Origin: a virus
Lineage: Duplodnaviria; Caudoviricetes
Length of the DNA: 52,674 nt
Virus record (IMG/VR): IMGVR_UViG_3300030333_004669
Location: 1 to 52,674 of that record
Direction: 5' to 3' (one strand)
Below are positions 42,563 to 51,500 of the stretch, in pieces. Position numbers and translations under genes: made by a program. Under the pieces are notes generated by a model. That model ran no database searches. It was given only the letters and a program-made list of their open reading frames with translations, and was not told the origin of the DNA. The first letter of the stretch is position 1. The number at the start of each line of letters is the position of its first letter.

Positions 42563-44557
42563 ATGCACATTTCACCAAAAGCTAAACTGTATGAGATGCG
42601 CCCGTTGACTGGGCCGCTCGATCCTCAGTCATCTCCTGACGGTGTAGCTGCTGGTGCACATCGTTGGGTGCAGAACTTTAGGGTTAACAAAGACGGCAAC
42701 CTTCAGAGGTCGGAAGGCTTTAGGCGGTTCATGTATTCAGATACATCAAACAATAACGCCGATCTTCACAATCAGTTTCCCAAAAATGACACCGCACAAG
42801 AATCGCAGATAGCTACGGGAACCGAGGAGGACTTGACGCTACTGTTCCAAGCCACATCAACAAATGGTGATACTCGATTACTCGCTGGCGGCTCAAAGAG
42901 AACCTACTGTTATAACCAGAAGACAAATAACTGGAGGGTAATCCGCAACTCGTCCACAGGTACTGGCAAGTGGAAGGCTGCCCAGCTTGAGGATGATGTG
43001 ATTTTTGTAAACGACAGCGCCAAGCCTCATTACTGGAAGCTGGATCAGCCGATGGAGAACTCCACGACTGATTCGATCAGGGAGATTAAATCGTTTTCCG
43101 AGATGGGTCTTAACCGTGTGCGTCACATACAGGAGTGGCGGGGTCTGATGTTTTACGGGAATGTCAACGAGGGCAACGAATGGATTCCAGACAGACTTAT
43201 CTGGTCTGATTTCAAGAAGCCTTTCAGCATAGCCCCGGGTGATGAATCACTGGCTGGATACCAAGACCTTGGACACGGGGAAGAGATCGTCGGCATGGAG
43301 CCGCTAGGCAATGCGCTTCTGGTCTACACCACTAAAGGCGTTTGGCAGTTTGAGGTTTCTGGTGGCACGGGCACTGATGTGTTGTCCTTTAGGAAGCGGT
43401 ACACGGATGAGGACAACGGCAACACAATCCCTGCTTACCCGAACACAATCATTAGCGCATCTGATAATCATTTCTATTTAGGCCGAGACGGAATCTACTA
43501 CTACAATATTTACCGTGCAGCCCCAGATCAGCCCGACTGGCTGAAGGACGCCAGCGCTGTAATCTTTGATAACATCAATGCCTCGGAGTGTGAGGCTCCG
43601 ATAGCAGCATACAACGCCAAGACTGACGAGGTGTGGATTAGTTGGCCAGTTGCGGGGGCAACTGAGAACTCAAAGACACTAATCATCAACGTCAAGCACC
43701 AGCATGTTAGTTATTACGATGCTGGTTTTTCTGCGTTCACCAACTTCACCAAGAAGGATTACACCAGCATTGGGGATTGGTTGACCACGAAGAACTATGT
43801 TTGCAGCCCGGGAGCTATTGCTGGGTTCCGTGACAGCACAGAAGGATCAACTGTCTGCTCAGGCAGCGCATCCTTTAGTAGCTCAGTTGGAACGCCTTCC
43901 TTAACCAACATATACTCCACGACAAATCTGGTAGTAACCGAAGAGGGAGAGGAAACTGACACCCTGATCACTGAGAACTGGGGCGCAGATACTGCTTCCG
44001 CTTTAAGCCTGTACGGGAATCTTGGTAGCCAAACATTTGCAGACATCTGCACGCAGGGATGTCCTGATGACATTCGATTTGTGATGGCCTATGTAAAAGA
44101 CAACTGTCTCAAGGAGGATGGCGGCGCTTACTACAGGGAACGCTGCACCAACAAGGCTAATTGCGGAACCTACACACAGGATAAGGATTACAAGAGCGTC
44201 CTTCGATCTCCTGCATTACGATTTAACAACCCGAAGAACAACAAGCTACTGCGTGCTTTGACCGTTGAGTTTGAGCACGCTCAGGCAGGCGGTAAGATGA
44301 GCCTGCGAGTAGGTAACGCAGCGCAGGCTGTTGATCCAAACAACCCCAAGTGCGGATTGCAGTGGCGTGAGCATGACGAAAAAGATGTGGCCTGCATTGC
44401 AGACCCAAGTGACCTAAGCCTCCGCGCCGTGGAGGAACTGACATGGCCGCTTTATGAGCAGGGAAGGAACCTGTACTACGAGCTCAGCGTGTACGGCACG
44501 GTGGGCAAGTTTGAAACCTCAGCGATAAGACTCTATGCCGAAACTAAAACGTCGTAG
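42563..44557 (+). CDS. Packaged-DNA stabilisation / tail nozzle (beta-propeller) protein
   Basis: QNFRV..DG.L.R..G, RL.WSD, L.VYT..GVW, YLGRDGIY.Y and EVWISWP motifs typical of P22 gp10 / T7 gp12-like proteins. Confidence 0.7.
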   Translation: MHISPKAKLYEMRPLTGPLDPQSSPDGVAAGAHRWVQNFRVNKDGNLQRSEGFRRFMYSDTSNNNADLHNQFPKNDTAQESQIATGTEEDLTLLFQATSTNGDTRLLAGGSKRTYCYNQKTNNWRVIRNSSTGTGKWKAAQLEDDVIFVNDSAKPHYWKLDQPMENSTTDSIREIKSFSEMGLNRVRHIQEWRGLMFYGNVNEGNEWIPDRLIWSDFKKPFSIAPGDESLAGYQDLGHGEEIVGMEPLGNALLVYTTKGVWQFEVSGGTGTDVLSFRKRYTDEDNGNTIPAYPNTIISASDNHFYLGRDGIYYYNIYRAAPDQPDWLKDASAVIFDNINASECEAPIAAYNAKTDEVWISWPVAGATENSKTLIINVKHQHVSYYDAGFSAFTNFTKKDYTSIGDWLTTKNYVCSPGAIAGFRDSTEGSTVCSGSASFSSSVGTPSLTNIYSTTNLVVTEEGEETDTLITENWGADTASALSLYGNLGSQTFADICTQGCPDDIRFVMAYVKDNCLKEDGGAYYRERCTNKANCGTYTQDKDYKSVLRSPALRFNNPKNNKLLRALTVEFEHAQAGGKMSLRVGNAAQAVDPNNPKCGLQWREHDEKDVACIADPSDLSLRAVEELTWPLYEQGRNLYYELSVYGTVGKFETSAIRLYAETKTS

Positions 44558-44996
44558 TGATGAAGACGGGGAAAGAGTCGATGAGCTTTTAAACGAGGCC
44601 CGAACAAGGACACTAACCCCAGAGGAGCTAAAGGAGATCGTATGGATACTGTCTCCTATCACAGACACTCCTGCTTTCTATTACGATGGGCAGGCGTTTT
44701 ATTTTGATCACACATCAGGGGAGCTATACACAAAGCTCGATGGCGAGGAGCGTTCCTATGTTGGGCTAATCCCAGATGATCTTTCATCATTTATCTCTGG
44801 CGGCTCAGGGGGTAGAGGTGGTGGCATATTTGCTAGGCTTGCCCCTACTGCTAAAAGGTTAACGATTCCGCTACCTCCGTTCCCTAAGATACCCCCTAAT
44901 GTGAAAGCCAAGTTTCCTGAGCTAACAGAAAGCTGGGATAAGTGGGAGGATTCCGTAGATCAGTGGGTGCAGTATGTTCAAAACCAGTTAAGTTAA
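44535..44996 (+). CDS. Hypothetical protein (paralog of the next gene)
   Basis: Shares EL..I.W/YYDG/P.FP/W.....W features with 44997. Confidence 0.65.
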   Translation: MPKLKRRSDEDGERVDELLNEARTRTLTPEELKEIVWILSPITDTPAFYYDGQAFYFDHTSGELYTKLDGEERSYVGLIPDDLSSFISGGSGGRGGGIFARLAPTAKRLTIPLPPFPKIPPNVKAKFPELTESWDKWEDSVDQWVQYVQNQLS

Positions 44997-45602
44997 ATGC
45001 CTGAGTGGACGCCAGAAGAGGAGCTTCTCCTCAGCTACATGGACTTTTACGGGACTAGCCCCGATGAGCCAGTTGGCGCAACAAATTTCAGAGAGCTTCG
45101 GCTTACTGGCTGGAGCGAAAGGGATGAGAGAAACCTTAACTCTAACAACTGGAGGGAGTACATAAGCCAGTTTACCCCGGGGATTTTATCATACTGGCAA
45201 GCGGCTGCTGTAATGACTTTCGCCTTGCGAAGAGAACTAGCCGAGGATGAGTTGGATGTAATTACGCTTTGGTGGGACGCATTTAAAGAAGGCGATTATT
45301 ACATGTATTATGACGGCGATAAGATATATGGCCATGCAATCCATCTTGATCCCTCAAAAGCCATTGATGATACCCCCACAATTTTAAGAGTCTCTGGGAA
45401 TTTAAATTCCCAAGGTCAATTACAGTTACCTACTGTTGAGTTGGAGATTACCAAGCCTCGGGAAATACCCCAGTTTCCCCAATGGGATGATAAAATAATT
45501 AATAGGTTTCATCGTTCCACTGACCCAGAGATGCAGGAGTACACAAAGGCCATAGGAGACTGGTCTGCACTCATGCATAACGCCATCAGTCAGTTAGCTT
45601 AA
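44997..45602 (+). CDS. Hypothetical protein
   Basis: 201-aa ORF abutting the previous stop codon. Confidence 0.65.
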   Translation: MPEWTPEEELLLSYMDFYGTSPDEPVGATNFRELRLTGWSERDERNLNSNNWREYISQFTPGILSYWQAAAVMTFALRRELAEDELDVITLWWDAFKEGDYYMYYDGDKIYGHAIHLDPSKAIDDTPTILRVSGNLNSQGQLQLPTVELEITKPREIPQFPQWDDKIINRFHRSTDPEMQEYTKAIGDWSALMHNAISQLA

Positions 45603-45633
45603 AGCCACTCCCGTGTGTTAAAATGCAGCCGTT

Positions 45634-46554
45634 ATGGCTGTTTTTGACAGGTTAAGAGATAAGCAGATCGTAAGGACGCAGGCGGCTCCACTGATGCAGA
45701 CTTCTGTCCAGCAGCCGCAGGAACAAAAGAACCCATATCAAGTCCTTGAAACCCCCCGTTCATCCGAGCTTGCGGATAGAATTAAAAGCATTTTAGGCGC
45801 GGCAGATAAGCAGCAAAAAAGCGCAGACAAATCCATACGAAGCTATGAGTCAGCGCTAAAGCGTTCCCCAGCTAAGTCTTTTGCGGATCAGGAAAGCAAT
45901 TACCTGTCCCGGTTCTTTGATTCCAGAGCACAGCAGGACTTGGAGGGCATGCGAACAAGGCAAGCTGACGCCCTCCGCAGGGCCGCTGACATTGCCCGAG
46001 GAAATGTTCGCCGCGACCTAAAGGCGGCTGGCTTTGCCAGCGGTGCTGGAAGTGGTAGCCGACTGGATCGGATGGCTCTGGATCGCAACATGGCCATCGA
46101 GGCAGACATTGCCAACCGCATGGCGGCTAGTGAGAGAGGGGACTACGATTATCTAAACCGCATGCGAGGTGCTGCTGTTGGACAGCGTGGCTCAATCTAT
46201 GACCGTTTAGCTGGCAGGGAGCTTCTTCCCATGCAGGCGAGGCAGCAGCAACTCAACACACAGCTTGGATTGCTGGGCAACATTGGCCAGCAGCAAAGAG
46301 CGAACACATTGTATCACCTAGCTGAGACACCTGAGTACACCCAGAACAGGGAGTATCAAGCCATGCTCGCAGAGCAGGGGATACAGCCGATCCCGGGTAC
46401 AGGGTACTCAATGGACATGTCCCAGACTGATCCGTTCGCAAGATTTCCCAAACAACCATTCATAGGATACGGGGTCAATCCACTGAATAACCTATACGGT
46501 TATCAGTATGCGGCTCCCCAATACAACTACCCAACTGTTTTAAGGCAGGTCTAA
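45634..46554 (+). CDS. Putative internal virion (ejection) protein
   Basis: A/Q/R-rich helical protein with GFASGAGSG; located after the tail genes. Confidence 0.55.
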   Translation: MAVFDRLRDKQIVRTQAAPLMQTSVQQPQEQKNPYQVLETPRSSELADRIKSILGAADKQQKSADKSIRSYESALKRSPAKSFADQESNYLSRFFDSRAQQDLEGMRTRQADALRRAADIARGNVRRDLKAAGFASGAGSGSRLDRMALDRNMAIEADIANRMAASERGDYDYLNRMRGAAVGQRGSIYDRLAGRELLPMQARQQQLNTQLGLLGNIGQQQRANTLYHLAETPEYTQNREYQAMLAEQGIQPIPGTGYSMDMSQTDPFARFPKQPFIGYGVNPLNNLYGYQYAAPQYNYPTVLRQV

Positions 46555-48539
46555 TGGCTACTATATTTGAAAACCTACGGCGTACTGCGTATCAGCGCCC
46601 GTGGATGAAAAACTATAAGCCGATGTTCGGAGGATTATCCTCTGGCAGCGGCTCTAATCGTTTAGGTGCATCGAACTTCGCATCAGCGGGAACCCAGTAC
46701 ATGGATTCCCCGGGCGGCGAAGGCTTTCAAGGTGGCCAGAAGTTCTTCTCAGCGCTCACCCCGGGCATCGCGTATGACTCATTTGAGGAGGCACTGGCTG
46801 TAGGTAAGGAGGCGCAGGACGCTCAGGACATCGAGGACTACACTCGGTATGCCAAGTCGCTAGGGCTGCCAACTACTGCCCAAGGCTTTGATGGGTATCG
46901 CAAAGAGAAGGCGCAGCAACGACAGCTTGAGCAGCAGACTGCCCAAAAGAATCAGCAGCTTGCATTGCAGCAGGCAAACAGAGACAGGGAATTTGCCTTT
47001 AAGATGGCTCAGGCTAGAGAGTCAGCAGCTAGGGCAAACCGAGCGGCAGCGCAGGCTGATCAACGAAACAGGCTTTCCTACATGAACTACCTCCAGAAGC
47101 TGAACAAAGGAACTGGAACAGGTAGGGGCGGCTCTAGTTCTCGTAGCAGCGGCGGCAGTTCAGGTTCTCAAATAAACAGGTTAATGAGCGGCATCAAGGC
47201 TGGCGCTTACAATCAGTATAACCCAAATGAAATAGCTCAACTGGTTCAGCGTTATGGCGGTGACGAGATTGACCTTCAGACAGCGTTCGATGCTGTAGAG
47301 CAGTCCACTTTGGATCGCTCTACCAAAGCATCCACTGCAAGCCGACAAGCAAGTGACAGGGAAATCAAGCAGCAGGTCGATACCATCAACGGGTTGCTTC
47401 AAACAGATAATCTAGCTGAGTTAAAGAACGCTGATGTAGATGCTATCCCATACGAAACCGCTGCATTACTGCACAACAAGATAGACACTGTTCGCAATCA
47501 GGCTGAGCGAGACGCCATAATGTTGCAGCAGGCCAAGGATAAGATGGCTGCAATAGAGGCTGAAGAAGATGACGCTGAGGATTGGCAAACAGGAGATTAT
47601 TTTAAGGAAAAGAAGGAAGAATTAATAAGCCGATTTCCAAATCACATCGTTGGTGATGCTGATAATTATAGTTATGTAGAACAAGATAAAGAGATAGGCG
47701 AAAGCCTAGCTGACATCAGCCCGTTCGCTGACCTGTTTATAAATGACAATCAGGATGAAGTTCCTGATGGGGGAACGATTGATGCCGCTAAGGAACTGCT
47801 TGATAACCCTGTCACAAGTGAGGACTCCTTTGATTTTAATCTTACCCCAGCAGAGCAGGCGCAAGCTGATGCTGTAGATGCTGCCCGATTGAGAGAGCAG
47901 CAAGAAGCGTTTGCTGAAAATTTAAGGCAAGGCAGGGATGATTTAGCAAGGTCAGCGGCTAATCAGGTTATGAACCCTGAGTCGGAAACAAGGCAGACAT
48001 TAGGCCAGCTTGCTGATGCTTATAATGCTATCCGACCACGATCCATTCCCGGGGATGACTATGTTGATCAAAGAGACATTGATGAATTTAACAGACTAAC
48101 AAGGCCAGAGACTGTTGCTGACCCAGTGCCTCCTGCATTTGTTGGCAGGGATACTTGGTTTAATGATCCTACTACCCCTTGGGATATGGGCTCTACCGTT
48201 GAAGGATCATCTATCCCTCAAGGAACTATGGCGTGGGAAAACATAAAGGCTATGCCGATGAGCACATTGGGGATTGCCCCAGATGCTTATAGGGCAGCTT
48301 TAATGGGCGAAAAAAGCCAGACAATTAGGCAGCCCATGCTAAACCCCACTGCGTACACAGGGGGAGTTAAGCCGAAGATCACGGCTGAGTATGCGAAGCG
48401 CCTGCTGCCAAGGTATATAGAGATTCAAAAGAACATGCCTAACCGCGACCAAGGCGTTAATGAGTCTGATTTTTTTGAACGCAATGCTATTGCCATGCTT
48501 TTGGAACAGTATGAAATTGTTGATAAAGAATTTTTATAA
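46554..48539 (+). CDS. Putative internal virion protein
   Basis: Q/A-rich coiled coil, G/S linker, acidic C-terminal half. Confidence 0.55.
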   Translation: MATIFENLRRTAYQRPWMKNYKPMFGGLSSGSGSNRLGASNFASAGTQYMDSPGGEGFQGGQKFFSALTPGIAYDSFEEALAVGKEAQDAQDIEDYTRYAKSLGLPTTAQGFDGYRKEKAQQRQLEQQTAQKNQQLALQQANRDREFAFKMAQARESAARANRAAAQADQRNRLSYMNYLQKLNKGTGTGRGGSSSRSSGGSSGSQINRLMSGIKAGAYNQYNPNEIAQLVQRYGGDEIDLQTAFDAVEQSTLDRSTKASTASRQASDREIKQQVDTINGLLQTDNLAELKNADVDAIPYETAALLHNKIDTVRNQAERDAIMLQQAKDKMAAIEAEEDDAEDWQTGDYFKEKKEELISRFPNHIVGDADNYSYVEQDKEIGESLADISPFADLFINDNQDEVPDGGTIDAAKELLDNPVTSEDSFDFNLTPAEQAQADAVDAARLREQQEAFAENLRQGRDDLARSAANQVMNPESETRQTLGQLADAYNAIRPRSIPGDDYVDQRDIDEFNRLTRPETVADPVPPAFVGRDTWFNDPTTPWDMGSTVEGSSIPQGTMAWENIKAMPMSTLGIAPDAYRAALMGEKSQTIRQPMLNPTAYTGGVKPKITAEYAKRLLPRYIEIQKNMPNRDQGVNESDFFERNAIAMLLEQYEIVDKEFL

Positions 48540-51500
48540 TGCCAATTAAAGTTCACAAATTTGCCCCAAGACAAAACCTCCCTTCTTCAAGCGGAGGTTT
48601 ATATAGTAAATACAAGCGTCTGTTTGACGATGAAGAGTACCGCAAGCTCGTAGCCGAGCAGGGTCAAACTATTGCTGAGCTAGGTGAGGACACCATAGAG
48701 ACAGTCGGGGCTAACCTTTATGAGGGAACAAAGGCCACGCCTGAGGCTATGTACCAAACAGGTACAGAGTTATACGAGTTTGGGGCTGAGTTGTTTGGGG
48801 CTGGCGAGGATACAATGTACGACGCAAGGCAAGCTCGTCGTGCTGCTCAGGAGTTATCTGCACAAACAAAGCAGGAACTTGTCGGTGATGTTCCCGGTGG
48901 GGGTATAAGCGAATTTGGTTACGAACTTGGCAGCACTGCAACTCAAGAGATTCCCTTTATGATCGGCTCTGCTGGTGTTGGGACGGTTGCAAAAAAAGCA
49001 GGCCAGAAGATAGTCAAAAACAAGATACGACAACGCCTTGGTCAGGAGGCGCTTGAAGCTGCGCCTGACACTTTTGTTGGCAAGGCCGTAGGTAAGGCCA
49101 TACAAGATCAGACCGAGAAGATCGGCACGCGAGCAGCCATATCATCAATGGCTGCAATACATGGAGCGCGTTCAACATCGGGAACATTTGGCGCTGCTAC
49201 TGACAAACTGCATGAGGACTATTCCAAGGCTCTCAAGGCTCAGAACCCTGACATGCCGTGGCAGGAGATTGATCGGATGGCTTACGAGCAAGCTCGTGCT
49301 GATGCAGTTGCGCCTGCTGTAGCCAGTGGTGTTATTACTGCTGGATTAATTTCTGCCTTCGGAGCCACAGGTGTTGAGCGATTCTTTGCGAACCCAACTA
49401 AGTCGCGTCCAGTATTTCAGGAGTTCCTTAGCGCATTCGGATTGGAAGCAACTGAAGAGGGCGCGGATCAATTTCTTCAAGGTGTACTAGCCAAGCACAG
49501 CTACGATCCGTCTCGTTCTTGGGATTCGATCATGGCTGAGACAGCGCACGCTGGATTACTGGGTGGCACGATAGGCGTAAAGCTGGGTGGAACGAAGATA
49601 CTTGCGGAGAGGGGTGTTGATTTCTATCAGAACAGACCTATCACGAAACGCTTAGCTGCTTGGGCTGAAAGGAGAGCAGGGGCAAGAGTCAAGGACAAGG
49701 AAGGGCTTGCCAAGTGGATTGAAGATCACACAGACACCAGCGGGACAGAGGCCAAGGAGGCTGCCGCTGCGATAGCCAGTGCTACAGATCAGATCAAGGC
49801 TAGGCTTAACAAGGAATCCCAAGGTGCATCTGAGCGTGAAGCTAAATCAGAAGCTGCACAGGAGCAGCGCCCAACTGAAGAGGAACTGGATCAGCGGGAG
49901 GAACAGGGCGAGGATGTTACTGTTGAGCGAGATGTTGCTGAGGAACTGAACCAGCATAAGGCGCGAGGCAGGGCGGCTGCCGAGGACAAGGTGGAGAACC
50001 CTGAGGAGATCGCCTCCCAGATAGAGGAAGAGGATTCCATTGAAGCTGCCGAGAAGTTTGTTGAAGGCTACAACGAGGTAGCAATAAAAGAAGAAACCGA
50101 GCAGGAAGAGTTTAGGAGTGAAGACCTAGACCAAGACTATTTTGATACCTTCCCGGGAGCAGAGGAAGAGGTAACCACTGAGCAGTCAGCAGTTACTGAA
50201 CAGGAAGATGAGGCTCCTGTTAGGCAGGAAGACGATCCGAATCAGGAAGACTTCTTTGGCCTAATGCTGGCCCCAGCCGCAGAGCAAATCGCAACCAAGG
50301 AAGAAACCGATCAAGCTGATGTCGAGAACGACTCGATGGACTTGTTTGATCAGGCGCAGCAGCAGGTTGTCAACGAGGATAGGGATGTATTTGGGCCGCC
50401 AGTGGAAGAGGCACAGCGTGAGCTTGATCTCACTGAACTAGAAGAAGGCGAGGAGCGTGGCCGTGTCGATGTCCCTCAGCGCCCGCTTGGCCCGCCAGCG
50501 CCTGATCCGCAGCGTGACCTTGTTGTAGGTGAGGAGACTGAGCCTGACTTTACCACTGAGAACTTGGAGGCTAAAGAAGCCCCAGAAGATCAGTTTGTTT
50601 TGTCGATTGAAAGGCCATCAAAGAGCAGGCTGTCACACTACCAGAAAGCTGATGGTTACTATGCAGATGAGTACATTCACGTTGGCAAAAAGTTTGCGGA
50701 CAATGGCAGGGAAGTCATTGTTAAACACAACCAAAACACTAAGAGCATAGACATTGGATTCTTTAATCAGCAGGGCAGATTCATCCCTACCCATAGGCTC
50801 AAAGATTATTCGCAAGTTAAAGAGTCAAATCAGAAGAGAGGAAACTCTCAACAGCCTCGTGCATATTTTATTCCGAAGCAGCTACTAAGCGACAAGAACC
50901 TAGCTAACACTGATGTCTGGGAGTTGGCTCCTCGCTCCCCAATACAAGCCAAGTTTGAGAAAGCTCAGGCGGCCCAAGTTGGTGAGTCCGAGATGGCTCG
51001 TAGAATCGTAAGCAATGTCAGTGATCCTGTTCTTCGTGAGACATTGCAGCTAATGCTTGCTAATGGTCAGCTTGGCGTTGAGTCGGTTAATGCCTTAATA
51101 CTCGCTGCCAATCAATACAAGCCTAAGGGGGCTAAGCGGGTAAACCCCAGAACACTTGCTGATCGTGGTGACGCTGAAGGTCTTGCCGAGAATCTTGAGA
51201 AATCAATCTCCCTGCTACGCGATAAGAATTTATTTTCCCAAACTGTTAAGAAAGGTGATGCGGGCTTTACCGAGGAAGCGGTTAATAGCTTGGTTGCAGG
51301 GCTAGAGGCTAGGACAGATTTAACTGTTAATGATCTCAAACTTGTAGATAAGGGGAGGGCTGATGAGGAGTTCCTAGCTGCTGAGTTTGAGCCTACCGAA
51401 GTCAATAGAAACCGGGGATTCCGAGCCAGCGTTAAGCAAAGTAATAAAAGGGACAATGACCAAAGAGGTCTTGCTCAGGTGGTAAATGAAACAACTACTA

